Shown: positions 1 to 11,231, counted from the stretch's first letter. The stretch is DNA of 64,000 nt from Aulosira sp. ZfuVER01 (GCA_034530615.2 JAVRCV020000041.1:64001-128000); one strand, 5' to 3'. The notes: generated from the sequence alone by a model not told the origin. Program-made: numbers and translations.

Positions 1-114
1 AGGGTTCCAAGGATAACTAGCATCTTCAGGTTCTAGTAAAGCTGCGAGAAAATCTAATTCCACTTGAGATGGTAAAGAAGTGAAAATATCTGAATTGTTG
101 ATTTTGTTAATCAT
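1..114 (-). CDS. 5' part of a hypothetical protein (runs off the window edge)
   Basis: Minus-strand frame from ATG at 114 is open to position 1 (MINKINNSDIFTSLPSQVELDFLAALLEPEDASYPWNP...), with a GGAGG RBS just upstream. Confidence 0.7.
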   Translation of the reverse strand, partial: MINKINNSDIFTSLPSQVELDFLAALLEPEDASYPWNP

Positions 115-263
115 TTGTCGCCTCCCGAGTGTTTATTTAGCGGTATTGACAGCTACAGCGCTGATAATCCCATTTCCGCAAAAAGAACTGAATTTTGTTT
201 AGACTGAGAATAGTTTTGTGAGACTGTTGCTATTAATGGAAACTTTATAAATGCAATAGCTTA

Positions 264-393
264 TATAGAAATCTGAATTTGATTCATGAACTTACTTATA
301 AACACAGGGAACAGGTAAGAAGGAATAGGGAAGAAGGAAACAAGGAAGGTAGAGGAGTAGGTATTTTTTCCAAAAATCAAGCAATAGTCATAT
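264..393. repeat. Degenerate MITE-like element (TATAGGAATCCGATTTGATT-type ends) with purine-rich short-repeat interior
   Basis: tatagaaatctgaatttgatt ... aatcaagcaatagtcatata are imperfect inverted ends; the same end sequence recurs at ~5000-5020 and 39529-39681. Confidence 0.5.
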
Positions 394-460
394 ACTATGG
401 TGCTGTTTGACAGCTACCAATTATTCTTACCTGCTTACTTTGAAAGTGAAATGCTAGAAG

Positions 461-2077
461 TTAGGAGTCTTCAATCATAAACTCCCATGTGTCACTTCTA
501 GAACTACCAAACTTTAACTGCATTCCCGATGTTAAAGGGACTTCCTCACGGAGGATTTGTTGCCATCCATTAGAACCAAAAACCCATGTTGTACCGTAGG
601 TAGATAAATCTTGTAAGTAATAAGTTCTTACCGGAGTTGTACCGCTGAAAGTATTCCGGCATAAGATTTCGGCATGGCGTTTGGAAACGGAAGGTTCTGG
701 GATGACAATATCATTGTCTTTTGTCCGACCAATGCGAGTGACTCCAGAACGCAACAAACAGGTTTTGCCTCCTGGTGCAAGCGATCGCAATGAGGCTGTA
801 GACACCGAGGAAATTATACTCGGAATAGTTGTATCTGGTAGTTCTGTAATACCTTCCTCAAAACTTTTAATCAGTTCGCCATTAAAATCTGGATGCAGGT
901 AGAGAACAGGTAAAGTCCATGCAGGTTGATTGAACTTATATAGTGTTAATAGTTCTTGCCGAGCCTCGGCTACAGCTTCATCAATTGGTTTGCGCGATCG
1001 CAAAGCTTCCGTAAAAGCTTGGATAAAACTGTGACTTTCGGAATCAGCAATCTCATCACGCATTCCTAAAACCGCAGGTACGCCATGACGGATTAACACT
1101 TCTGCCAAACTGCTAGAAGGTATTGCTTGGTGATTGACCGCCGCAGGTTGTGCGCCCCAACAAGCATTGAAAACAGCCAACTTCACACCAGTACGGGTCA
1201 ATACTTGAGCTAATTCTATGCCATTAAGTGCCATCCCCGGTCGTAAAAATAATAAACCTCCATCTGGGTCTGGCAAACCGTGACCAGCGTAGAAAAAGAC
1301 ATTGTAGGCTTTAGTTTCTAATTCTTCAATCAACTCCTGTGGTTTTGGTTGCAGGAGCGTATGTACCATACATGGTGCATATCCCTGAGAATTGCTACCT
1401 AAAGGCCCAGCTTTAGTCAGAGTTTGTGTTAAGATTTCTGCTTCTTTTTCTAATTGCAGATTTTTATTTTCATCTACCCCTAAAACCAAGAGAATGTTGA
1501 GAGCCTGATCTGTTCGTAAAGACGGCAATGATTCAACTTCACTGGTTGTACGGCTAAATAGTAAATCTTGAGACAGCGACATTGCCGATTGACCCGGTTC
1601 ACGCTGCATAATTTCCCAAGGTAGGGCAATCAAATCTGGGTCACGAATTTCTAAGCGAAAGCGCAAACGTGTATGCTGACCCATAGCCATGCCACGACTG
1701 CGTTCTAAACTGCCGAGAATTTGTCCGTCAAATAACCAGCGCCACAGATTAATCCCCAAATATTGCATCAGGCGACTAGTGTAACCTGCCGTCTGACCTG
1801 AGGGGGATGAACCCAAGTTGATCGGTTGCGGAGGTAGCTGTGGTGGGGTTGAGCGAGAGGAAATATCTAAGCGACTGTGACCGGCGAACATTTCCTGCCA
1901 TTCTTGCCAAACTTGAGAGAGTTCAATCGGCCATATACAGTCATGCAAAACATAGCCACTGGGATAAGGAGCCTTAACCACCCAAATGGCAAAGTTATCA
2001 GTGCCAGTGTTGGTCAAACGAGCGATCGCCAGGTTCAGGCATGGCAATGGAGTCATTAAACTAAAGGGTGAAAACAA
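461..2077 (-). CDS. CHAT (caspase-HetF-like) peptidase domain + C-terminal FHA domain protein
   Basis: LPWE motif, FYAGHG (His) and FNACWG (Cys) dyad, W-x-x-PVLY; FHA motifs RIGR, SVSKRHA, DLSTYGT. Confidence 0.9.
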   Translation of the reverse strand: MFSPFSLMTPLPCLNLAIARLTNTGTDNFAIWVVKAPYPSGYVLHDCIWPIELSQVWQEWQEMFAGHSRLDISSRSTPPQLPPQPINLGSSPSGQTAGYTSRLMQYLGINLWRWLFDGQILGSLERSRGMAMGQHTRLRFRLEIRDPDLIALPWEIMQREPGQSAMSLSQDLLFSRTTSEVESLPSLRTDQALNILLVLGVDENKNLQLEKEAEILTQTLTKAGPLGSNSQGYAPCMVHTLLQPKPQELIEELETKAYNVFFYAGHGLPDPDGGLLFLRPGMALNGIELAQVLTRTGVKLAVFNACWGAQPAAVNHQAIPSSSLAEVLIRHGVPAVLGMRDEIADSESHSFIQAFTEALRSRKPIDEAVAEARQELLTLYKFNQPAWTLPVLYLHPDFNGELIKSFEEGITELPDTTIPSIISSVSTASLRSLAPGGKTCLLRSGVTRIGRTKDNDIVIPEPSVSKRHAEILCRNTFSGTTPVRTYYLQDLSTYGTTWVFGSNGWQQILREEVPLTSGMQLKFGSSRSDTWEFMIEDS

Positions 2078-2184
2078 ATTATTTCAAATAACAATTTTTC
2101 AAGGTAAAAGTACTACCTTGCCAGTTTTTTATTTTTGTTCCTACCTGTATTATTTCAGGTTTTTTCAGTTTATGGTGACGTGTA

Positions 2185-4470
2185 CTAAGTTGGATTCCCT
2201 TCAGTTGTTGAAGTTGGTAGAGGTGGTTGATTAACTGGCTCGGATGGAGTATCAACACATGGATTTGCTTGGTCTGGTTGTAAAACAGTGACACCAGAGC
2301 GTTTGAGTTGGGAGAATTCAATGAGTACTGTTTTCTTTTGTGCCTGTAAAGGTGGAGAAGCTTGCTTTTCTGGTGTAGATGTGTCTTGATTAGGGCAGAC
2401 TTGTAGATTCACCAACGAGTCTTTATTAGCAGCTTGAGGATTGGGTTTTTTCTCAATCACTTGAAAAAAAGTACCGCTAGGGAACTTTCCCTTACTATTA
2501 ACTATTTCCCGGTCAGTTTGAATCACCCAACCCGTAGCTAGGTTGTCGAGAGTTCTTTTTGCTGGTAGTTGTTCTGGCGTTGGTTGTAAAGTTGTCGTTG
2601 GACTAGCAGTAATGGGAACTGTATCTATTGGCGATCGCAGTCGCATTACCAAGTATCCAATACCACCAGCTGCGGCTACTATGATTAACGGCACGAGAAA
2701 CTGTAGTGGTAATGGAGTAACTCTGCTAGGCGGCTTATTTTCTGGAATTACTTGCGTTTTCGTATTTGAGTTACTTAAAAGAGTCTGTTGTGTAGTTCTG
2801 TCAGATGTATCAACAGCTTGTGTGGGATAAGTTTCGGGAATGACTGCTGTGAGGCTAGACTCTGGTTCAGTGTATTTGACCTGACAGTGTACTAAGGCGA
2901 TGGTGACATTATCATGGCCATTTTTGGTATTAGCGATTTCTACTAATTTTTCTGCAACACTGGCCACATCTGTTTCTGCTTTGAGAATTGGCAATATTTC
3001 TGTTTCCCAATAATCCTCTACACGGTCAAAATCGCTCAAGCCATCCGATGTCAGTAAGAAAACTGCATCTTCATCAACAATAAATCGCTGGGAGGTGGGA
3101 TGTAGTGAAGTACTAGGACTCATCCCTAAAGCTTGTACCAGAGAACCAGAACCACTCTGTTGTACTGCCTCGCGATAGACAGCATAGCCTAACCTGACTT
3201 CGCGGGAGGCTACATCATCATCAAGGGTAACTTGATAACACCCGTGGCGCGAAATCCAATAGGCACGACTATCACCAACATGGGTAATGTACATTTCATG
3301 GGCAATGGGCAACGCCATCACCAAAGTTGTGCCCATGCGTTGACGCCCTTGGCGATTTTCGCTGTCGTTGCGCTGGCTGATTTTATCATTCACAACTGCT
3401 ACAGCCGATTCTAAGTCAGTCAGTAGCAGTGAAGGGTCTATATGATCGGCGGGAACTTTTGTAAGTTGCTGTACCTGCTGTTGAATTGTTTCAATTGCTA
3501 AATTTGATGCCACATTGCCGCCCTCGTGTCCACCAATGCCATCGCAGACAATAGCTAAGGCTGAAGGTTGCGGCGGTTTACTCACTAAAGTATCACTGGG
3601 AGGATAACAGGCATCTTCATTCCGTTGACGGCTGGGGCCGGTATCAGTTTTAGTAAAAATTTTGATGGTGGACGTTTGCGATCGCCCTAATTGCGCTAGT
3701 CCTTGATCTAAGACTGCTATTAATTGTTCGGCTGAATTAATTTCTGCCTGAATTAAAGAACTGCTGATTTTGTCAATAAATTCTGCTATGGCTGGTTTCG
3801 CGCTTTTAGACAACTGCGCCCAAAATTCACCTAATTGGGGTAAGTTAGGTGCTGTTGCAAAATCAGAACGCAATTCTAACAAGCGTACTAATGGCCCTTC
3901 TACTCTGATTAAATTTGGTTCCAGTAAGCTAACCGCTACACCTTCACTCAACAGTGGTTGCCAGAGATTTGCTAACTGCCATAACCAGTGGATTTGGCGG
4001 AGCGAGCTGGCATGACCCCAAGCTGTAATTAAATCTGGGCAAAGTTGCACTTGTTGGGTTGTACAATCTGTAAGTAGTGGCAGTTTTTCTAAGAGTAAGA
4101 TTTCTTGCTGGAAGCGCTCGTCTATGGGCGGTATGGCTCCATATACCTGCGGTATGTGTAATCGATAAGGTATGAGTCGCAAATAAGGTCTAATTGCTGA
4201 TAAATGATCTAATTCTGGGGATTGGGGTACTAAACCCGGTCTGATATCTAAAACAATAGATTTATCGATTACCAAATAGCGATCGGCTAATATTTCTCCA
4301 GGGGCGGCAACACTTAAGCCTTCTGCTTCAGCCCAAAGATAGCGTTTGGGTAGGGGTGTAGAACACCGCAAGCAAAATTTATGGCTTAGGGGATTGGGAG
4401 ATTGACAAAATTCATTTGGGCAGTAGAGCGTTGCCGCATCATTTTCCATAGTTTTCTCACCGATCAGCAA
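2185..4470 (-). CDS. prpJ: Membrane-anchored PP2C-type Ser/Thr phosphatase with N-terminal Zn ribbon (PrpJ-like); likely start MENDAA near 4449
   Basis: RQRNEDA, VCDGIGGH, HVGDSRAY, SDGL and GHDNVT motifs; two N-terminal Cys pairs; one TM segment; size and position next to ndhM match Anabaena all1731 as recalled. Confidence 0.8.
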   Translation of the reverse strand: MLIGEKTMENDAATLYCPNEFCQSPNPLSHKFCLRCSTPLPKRYLWAEAEGLSVAAPGEILADRYLVIDKSIVLDIRPGLVPQSPELDHLSAIRPYLRLIPYRLHIPQVYGAIPPIDERFQQEILLLEKLPLLTDCTTQQVQLCPDLITAWGHASSLRQIHWLWQLANLWQPLLSEGVAVSLLEPNLIRVEGPLVRLLELRSDFATAPNLPQLGEFWAQLSKSAKPAIAEFIDKISSSLIQAEINSAEQLIAVLDQGLAQLGRSQTSTIKIFTKTDTGPSRQRNEDACYPPSDTLVSKPPQPSALAIVCDGIGGHEGGNVASNLAIETIQQQVQQLTKVPADHIDPSLLLTDLESAVAVVNDKISQRNDSENRQGRQRMGTTLVMALPIAHEMYITHVGDSRAYWISRHGCYQVTLDDDVASREVRLGYAVYREAVQQSGSGSLVQALGMSPSTSLHPTSQRFIVDEDAVFLLTSDGLSDFDRVEDYWETEILPILKAETDVASVAEKLVEIANTKNGHDNVTIALVHCQVKYTEPESSLTAVIPETYPTQAVDTSDRTTQQTLLSNSNTKTQVIPENKPPSRVTPLPLQFLVPLIIVAAAGGIGYLVMRLRSPIDTVPITASPTTTLQPTPEQLPAKRTLDNLATGWVIQTDREIVNSKGKFPSGTFFQVIEKKPNPQAANKDSLVNLQVCPNQDTSTPEKQASPPLQAQKKTVLIEFSQLKRSGVTVLQPDQANPCVDTPSEPVNQPPLPTSTTEGNPT

Positions 4471-5219
4471 TTGGCAATTTCTTCAACAGCATTGGCAGCG
4501 GCAATCTAGACCGCTCATCTTTTTGAACCTGAACATATCCAACTTTGGATCAATGATTTTAGCTGGTGGATAGCAGCAGGTGCTAATACTTATTGAATCT
4601 ACGATCTACTTATCCAAATAATTTACTCCTCAGTCAACCCTACAGCCTCATCATAGCCTCTATTGCTCTCTGACTCTCCATCATCGACACAGCTAACTTT
4701 CACCCTGTCACCAAAGCCTAACCCCAGCATAACTGTACTGTTTGTTTACTTTTGTGGAATTACTCCATCCAAAATAGGCAAGTAATGCTGGTATTCCTAT
4801 AGTTTATAAGTTACTAGCTAGTGATTAACTTTAATTAAGAATTAAGATAACTAAATACATCAACTAATCACTGCTTCAAGTTTGCCCAATATGTAAGCTA
4901 CTTTGATGTGATTTGCGATCTTAGTCCTAGAGTTGGGCAATAGGCAATAGGAAAACTGCTTGGTGGCAATTAAGGTTAAAGCGTATGGATGTTTTGCAAA
5001 AATCAAACTGGATTCCTATTTGTCATGAATCTTTGATTTATTGGATTTAAAGCTCGCAAACCTTCCATTTAGAGGATTTTTTGCCAAATGCACACACTGT
5101 AAGGGACTTGCAAATCAAAAATATCCCATCGCGTTGAGGGCAGAGGGGGAAAAATTCCAGAAATTTGGATAAGTGTGCCTAGCTATACCAAACATATATA
5201 TAGTGGTGTTTCTGAAAAT

Positions 5220-5253
5220 TTCCTAGGGGTAGTTTAGACAATTCCCCTAGGAA
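5220..5253 (-). terminator. Hairpin downstream of ndhM
   Basis: ttcctagggg ... cccctaggaa inverted repeat. Confidence 0.6.
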
Positions 5254-5290
5254 GCTCAGAGATACCAAAATTTACAGGTAGCTCTTAACT

Positions 5291-5650
5291 TTACTGTTGA
5301 GCATCAACTGCTACTTGTGGGACTCCCATACTGTAGTTAGTGACGCGGCTTTGGAGATTGTAGCTAATTTCGCCTTTTTGCAAGAGCGATCGCAAATAAT
5401 GCTCCAAGTCTGAACCAACACGACGTAAGTTGTAGTCTGTTAAATCCGCACCACTAGAAGCTTCTACCAGTTCATCAAACTTGCGATAGATCTTTTGTAG
5501 AGCATCTTCATTCCAGTTGAATTCATTGTCTGGGTCAACATCTAAGGTTAAGACTTGATTACTGGGAACCAGTTCACCATCCCGGTCAAGTTCTGCCGCA
5601 AAAATGCGAATATGCCGGGTTGTAGACTTGAGCAGCATCGGGTTGTCCAT
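5291..5650 (-). CDS. ndhM: NAD(P)H-quinone oxidoreductase (NDH-1) subunit M
   Basis: MLLKSTTRHIRIF...LTLDVDPDNEF...YNLRRVGSDLEH...NYSMG, characteristic of NdhM. Confidence 0.95.
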   Translation of the reverse strand: MDNPMLLKSTTRHIRIFAAELDRDGELVPSNQVLTLDVDPDNEFNWNEDALQKIYRKFDELVEASSGADLTDYNLRRVGSDLEHYLRSLLQKGEISYNLQSRVTNYSMGVPQVAVDAQQ

Positions 5651-6879
5651 AAAAGGGTGTAAGATTTGGGTTGACTACACTGAAATCATTGTAAACGCTA
5701 TGCCCGAGCTTAAATATGCCTGCATTGAAAAGGCATCTCACATATCAAGCAGATATCAGCAAAAAGCTTGTGCGTCAACTAGTAGCTACTCATAACTAAA
5801 GCAAGGGAGGTTTGTTCAACTAAGAACGGCAGATGGAATTTTCTGCGATCGTGGTAAGGTTAGGTTGTTTTCATGCCTGGAGAGACTACAACTTTGCTGT
5901 AGCGGTAAGTTAACCATATCCAAACAATACTGTCAAGCTGTTTGCACTTGTGAGATAGATCGAGCATCAGGGTGGAATATTTTAGTGCAAGCAGACAAAA
6001 GGGATATTGCTAATTTAATCAGTCTCCTGCCACGGTGGTTGATAGCAGCTACTACAACGGGCAAGCAGCGCGGTTGAGTTCATTACTGGAAAGAAAATTG
6101 CTTGGCGCGTGTTCCAAGACGCTACTTTCTGTCCCCAGACTTGTACTCTAAAGGAAAACTCGCAGGGTAGGTTTTCTCAACCCAGGTGACTGGCTGGCAT
6201 TTGCCTAACGTTTGAAGCAGTACGATTGACTCTAAAGATTTTTAGGGAACTACTGCGGCGGCTTTACCGACTTGATTGTGGATAAGGTTCACTACCGCCG
6301 ACTTTGACTTCTTCAATTCCGTCACTTTGTCATGGCTGTAATTAGGGTGTGTCAGTGCCCATAATCCCGATCCAGAACAAAAATAAACCTTTAATGACTT
6401 TGCTGCTTAACGTCTCCTAAATTTTAGGATGAAAAAAATGTACATCTAGTAGATTTACGTAGTTATGCTACAACTACCTTGGGCTTTCATCAAAAAGAGA
6501 AAAATTAGTGATATTGCTTACGTAAAAACACTAAATTTTCAGTAAAATCCCAAACTGTTGTTGACGTTAAGATAAAGTTGATGTAAAAACCTTTAAAAAG
6601 CTCGAACAACTTCTTACAGAAACTTTATTGTATAGAATCTTAAAAACTGAATAATAGTTATGGCTTAACTGCACTACCTCTAGCGCAGGGACATTACAGC
6701 CTACGCAGTGTAAAGTATGAATTGAAAAAACCACAGGAGCGTGAAATGGAATACAAATGTGATGGATAAAGAATAATTCTTAATTCAAACACTTTGGATT
6801 CAAAAAAAAATATAAAGAATTTTGCTGGAGATTTAACCCCTAAACTTCATGACCACCAAGTAAAGGAATCCTCAAATCT

Positions 6880-7161
6880 ATGAACTCCAAAGCCTTACCA
6901 CGCCAAATAAATAATATTGAAGTAGGTGTTTATGAGTGCGAAATACATCTCAAATTCCGCTTAATTGAGGAAAAGAGTCTATTGGGCGATCGCGAGCAAC
7001 TATTGCAGGTGTTATTAGATGCTTTAACCGAAGGGTCTGATGACTTTTTAGAAACGTTGCAAGCATCAGTCAAAGCTCAGGAAATTTCTGAGTTTAAAGC
7101 TTCTCCGCAAATGCGACGCCAGTTAATGCGCTTACGTAACTTTGCTGACAATAGTCAATAA
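6880..7161 (+). CDS. Npun_R1517/Asr1734-family small regulator of heterocyst differentiation
   Basis: 93 aa, EVGVYECEIHLKFRLIEEK...ASPQMRRQLMRLRN; divergent from ndhM. Confidence 0.85.
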   Translation: MNSKALPRQINNIEVGVYECEIHLKFRLIEEKSLLGDREQLLQVLLDALTEGSDDFLETLQASVKAQEISEFKASPQMRRQLMRLRNFADNSQ

Positions 7162-7758
7162 TTATCTGTATTAATTAAGTAGTGACAAGTTGTGAATTGA
7201 GCATAAAATGGTAAATTTGCTATCAGTAGTTTGTCATTTGCTCTTATATTTATTGAGTTGGCTTGTGTAATCTAAAACAAAGGCTTGGAGCCGATTCTCC
7301 TCTCCAAAAAGCCTAAGAAAGCTTTACAGTAGCCCTCACCCTTTCACTACAGAAATACTTGGGTGCCTACTAATGCAGTTATGTCTTCTTCATCAGGGCG
7401 GTTACAGTTTTTCAAAAATTAGATTTTTGGAGAATAGCTTTATCAGGGTGTTACTTCAAGTTGGCGAAGTGCTTGTGAGCGATTGTTTGTTTTATATACT
7501 CTAAACATTTTCAAAATTGCTGAATTTTTAGCTCCTGTCTTGAGCGATCGCAGTTATAAAATGTAGTATTTTGCGAGCTTGAAGTTACATTCCGCCCTTA
7601 AAACTGCCATACATATAGGATAGTTTTGACAAAATCATCAGTTTAAATTCATTTTGCTAAGAGAAGTTATTGGTCAAGGGTCAAGGGTCAAGAGGCAATA
7701 AGCAAGAATCATTAATGATTTCCTCCCCTCACTCCTCTACTCCTGTGCTTCCTTGTCT

Positions 7759-7851
7759 ACGCCACTTGCTACAACGCCCTTAATCCGACGGACAGTTTGC
7801 TCAAGTCGGGAAACCCGCCCATGCAACTGTCCTCCGCAACGCAGTGGCTCC
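7759..7851. repeat. Nested small dispersed repeat (SDR-type)
   Basis: acgccacttgctacaacg...cgcaacgcagtggctcc ends are identical to the unit at 36362-36407, with a second related unit inside (~7788-7835). Confidence 0.75.
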
Positions 7852-7916
7852 TCCTTGTCCCCCTACTCTCTTGCCCCTGTTTCATCTATCCTTGTATACG
7901 CATCATTTCATGGCGG

Positions 7917-8612
7917 CTATTTAGCAAGACCATGTTCTAAGGCAAAACGAACCAACTCTGTACGGCTATTCGTACCAGTTTTGCTAAACAAACGGCTAAC
8001 GTACTTTTCGACATTACGGACACTGGTCTCTAAGCGACGGGCGATTTCTTTATTCATCAACCCTTCAGCTACCAAATTTAGGACACTTTGTTCTCTGGGG
8101 GTTAAGTCAATTTTAAAAGGTGCTGGTGATTGAGAAATGGCGCTTCTTTGAGTTAATAACGCCTTAATTTGGGCAATCTGATTAGCTAGTTCAGCTATAT
8201 CGGGTGTTTCCGTATCTTCACCTGTAGCTTGAGGTTTAGCCATACGCCGAGCAAGTAAGTTTTCGACTATGGCAATTAGCTCATCTGGATCGAAGGGTTT
8301 TGGTAAGTAAGCATCAACACCAGCTTGATAACCTTGGATGCGATCGCCTGTCATCCCCTTGGCAGTTAAAAATACTACAGGAAGTGCCTGGAAACGAGGA
8401 TCTTCTCGTAGTTGTTTCAGGAACTGATAGCCATCCACTTGAGGCATCATGATGTCAGAAATTACTAAGTCAGGTGTATTTTGCTGCATCAAATCCCAGC
8501 CTTCACGGGCGTTACTGGCGACTTGAACGCTGAAACCGCTTTCTTGCAAATAGTCTTTTACGGCTTCCCGCAATCCTGGTTCATCATCTACCAATAACAG
8601 TTGTGCTGACAT
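7917..8612 (-). CDS. NarL/LuxR-family response regulator (Rre1/Ycf29-like)
   Basis: REC domain (LLVDDE, SDIMMP, FLTAK, PKPF) + LuxR HTH (LTPREQSVL...NKEIA); start set at MSAQ because the ORF extension runs through repeats. Confidence 0.9.
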   Translation of the reverse strand: MSAQLLLVDDEPGLREAVKDYLQESGFSVQVASNAREGWDLMQQNTPDLVISDIMMPQVDGYQFLKQLREDPRFQALPVVFLTAKGMTGDRIQGYQAGVDAYLPKPFDPDELIAIVENLLARRMAKPQATGEDTETPDIAELANQIAQIKALLTQRSAISQSPAPFKIDLTPREQSVLNLVAEGLMNKEIARRLETSVRNVEKYVSRLFSKTGTNSRTELVRFALEHGLAK

Positions 8613-8694
8613 TGAAAATTTCCTTGAGTCTACCTTTTTCCAATTTAGCGAAAGTTGGCAGGCATTGGGCAAAAGGAGAGTAAATAAAAGGACA

Positions 8695-8770
8695 ACGGAG
8701 ACAAGGGGGACAAGGAAGGGTGGGGAGTGTGGGGAGTGTGGGAAGAAAGGCGACAAGGAGGAAATAAGTA
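8695..8770. repeat. Purine-rich short tandem repeats (ggagacaag / gtggggagt)
   Basis: Degenerate 9-mer tandem units in the intergenic region. Confidence 0.6.
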
Positions 8771-8843
8771 ATAACCATGCCCAATGACAAATGATTCTTG
8801 ACTCTTGCCTATTAACTCTGGACTTTTGACTAATAAAAAATTT

Positions 8844-9812
8844 TTATAACCAATCAATGACCTGGGCGTTTTCTGGTAGCTTAGCTTCACTTTGACCAAG
8901 ATAACGTGCTTTGGCTGTCAACAAACCGATGGGAGTACTTAAAAAGTCTACAAAGGTAGCTTTACCTGCGATCGCTTTAAAAATATTTTTTGGTATTTCT
9001 TTGACTAACCAACGTACTAGGCGATAGAAATAGTCCTTGGGTGTCAGCCCTGGCATTAACTCTATACCGTACAGTTCGTGCAGGTAGCGATTTGAACGCC
9101 CATAGCGCCGCCATTGACTTTGAAGTTCTTTAAATGTGGTACGGTGGCGATGTTGGACTACCGCATTGGGAGCAAATTCTAATATTCCGATATTTGCCAT
9201 GAGAATTCGCCAACAAATGTCTGCATCGCCCCCAGTGGTGAGATAGGGGCGAAACAAACCAACTTTGTCTAAGGCGAGACGGCGAATGGCTAAATTAGCA
9301 GTTTGACCGTAAGCACAGAAAGGATGGGAAAGAGTATGCTTTTGCGATAGAGTGTCTTGTCGGTCTGCGTGTTGTTCTAAAATAGTTTTACCTGGTAGCG
9401 CTGTAATTTCACCTACAACAATTACTACGTCCAGGTTGATAAAAGGTTGAATTAATGATTCTAGCCACTGTGGTTGCGGACGGCAATCAGCATCAGTAAA
9501 TGCGATGATTTCGCCTGTGGCAGAGCGAATGCCCTTATTCCGGGCTGCATAGGAGCTTTGAATTTGATTTTCACTCACAGGCTGAATCGTGAGGGGGGAA
9601 AGTTCAGCAGCTGTTTTGAGGAAAGTCAGAGTGCGATCGCTACTGTTATTATCTACGAGCAAATACTCTACCCGGTCTTGAGGGTAAGTTTGAGACAACA
9701 AACAGGAAATTAAATCTGGTAAATCCGCCTCACCATTATAAATAGGCACAACCACTGACACCTTAGGCAAAAAGCTTTGGGCAGTGGTTGCATCAACTAG
9801 TGGATCGTTCAT
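8844..9812 (-). CDS. Glycosyltransferase family 2
   Basis: VSVVVPIYN, VDNNSSD, ARNKG, FTDAD (DxD), GDADI, QWRRY. Confidence 0.9.
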   Translation of the reverse strand: MNDPLVDATTAQSFLPKVSVVVPIYNGEADLPDLISCLLSQTYPQDRVEYLLVDNNSSDRTLTFLKTAAELSPLTIQPVSENQIQSSYAARNKGIRSATGEIIAFTDADCRPQPQWLESLIQPFINLDVVIVVGEITALPGKTILEQHADRQDTLSQKHTLSHPFCAYGQTANLAIRRLALDKVGLFRPYLTTGGDADICWRILMANIGILEFAPNAVVQHRHRTTFKELQSQWRRYGRSNRYLHELYGIELMPGLTPKDYFYRLVRWLVKEIPKNIFKAIAGKATFVDFLSTPIGLLTAKARYLGQSEAKLPENAQVIDWL

Positions 9813-9893
9813 AAATTCCAATTTTGGAGATGGGATTACTAAACTAGTATTCCCAATCCAAAATCTCAAAATCAGCTAAAATAGCCAGTTTGC

Positions 9894-11231
9894 CTAAAAT
9901 TTCAAGTCTCTGGCACGAACGCTCATAGCTCCAGCAGATTGATTTACTGGGTTTTGAGCAAAGTTAGTATTAGATAGAGCTGCAATTGCTCGCGCATATT
10001 GCGGATCGTTTGGCGTACCTACTAAATCTGGATTAGATGCTAGCTGACGCTCTTGCGCTTCTGTTAATTCTTGCTTGATATCTGGTGTAATTCCTTTATG
10101 GTTAATATCAGTTCCTTTAGGAGTGTAATAGTGAGCAATGGTAACAGCCAAACCGGAACCATCTGTGAGTTCATGAACTGACTGCACTAAGGCTTTACCA
10201 AAAGTTTGACTACCAACAACTACTGCCCGCTTATTATCTTTGAGCGCTCCTGTTAATATCTCGCTAGCACTAGCTGAATTACCATCTACCAACACTGCTA
10301 GGGGGAGATTAGTCAGGGCAGTGCGGTTAGCTTTAGTATCCTCAGTTCCTCCCTGACGATCTACCGTGCGGACAATGCCACCGTTATCCAGCCACATCCG
10401 GGCAATTTCAATGCTTGCTTGCAATAAACCGCCAGGATTGCCCCGCAAATCCAACACATAAGCGTTAACGTGCTGATTGTTCAAATCGCGGATAGCTCGC
10501 CGCATTTGCTCGGCAGCATGGGAACTAAACTCTCGTAACCGTATATAACCAACACGTCGATTACCTTCTTGCTTGAGGGTATAACGCACTGTTGGCACTT
10601 CAATAGTAGCCCGGGTCAGCTTCAAATCGAAAATACTCTGCCCTGTACGTCCCAAGCGTAAAGTTATAGCAGTACCAGCTTTGCCGCGAATCAACTTGGA
10701 GGCATCGTCCACTTTCATTTGTTTAGTGGGTTTGCCGTCAATTGCCAAAATTTCATCGCCTGCTTTAATGCCTGCTTTAAGTGCTGGGGAATTTTCTATA
10801 GCTTCCACAACAGTCAGCCGCTTAGTTTTGTCGTTTAATTCCATGCGAATGCCAATCCCAGAGACTTCTCCTGAGGTTTGGCTAGTTAGAGCTTCATATT
10901 GCTTGGGGTCCATAAACCGAGTGTATGGATCGCCCAAAGTTTGTAAAGCTTCGCGAATTGCGACATAAGCTTCTTCTTGAGAAGCATAGTTTTTACTTAA
11001 AAGGCTCTGTCTAGTAGCTTGCCAATCTTGTTGATTAAATTTACCATCAACGTATTCACGATTCACCAATTGCCATACTTGGTCTACTAATGCTTTCGGA
11101 CTATCTTGTAGGGCAGCACGAACGCAGCGAGTCCAAGCGGGACCAAATACGGATACGGTGGCTGTCGTGGCGATCGCTCCACCAATCAAGGCTACTTGGA
11201 GCGGTGAGTAACGTTTCGCAGATTGGTTCAT
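9894..11231 (-). CDS. ctpB: Carboxyl-terminal processing protease (S41A, PDZ), CtpB-like
   Basis: GIGI PDZ entry, LDLRGNPGG, SASASE (catalytic Ser), TFGKA (Lys); N-terminal signal. Confidence 0.85.
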   Translation of the reverse strand: MNQSAKRYSPLQVALIGGAIATTATVSVFGPAWTRCVRAALQDSPKALVDQVWQLVNREYVDGKFNQQDWQATRQSLLSKNYASQEEAYVAIREALQTLGDPYTRFMDPKQYEALTSQTSGEVSGIGIRMELNDKTKRLTVVEAIENSPALKAGIKAGDEILAIDGKPTKQMKVDDASKLIRGKAGTAITLRLGRTGQSIFDLKLTRATIEVPTVRYTLKQEGNRRVGYIRLREFSSHAAEQMRRAIRDLNNQHVNAYVLDLRGNPGGLLQASIEIARMWLDNGGIVRTVDRQGGTEDTKANRTALTNLPLAVLVDGNSASASEILTGALKDNKRAVVVGSQTFGKALVQSVHELTDGSGLAVTIAHYYTPKGTDINHKGITPDIKQELTEAQERQLASNPDLVGTPNDPQYARAIAALSNTNFAQNPVNQSAGAMSVRARDLKF

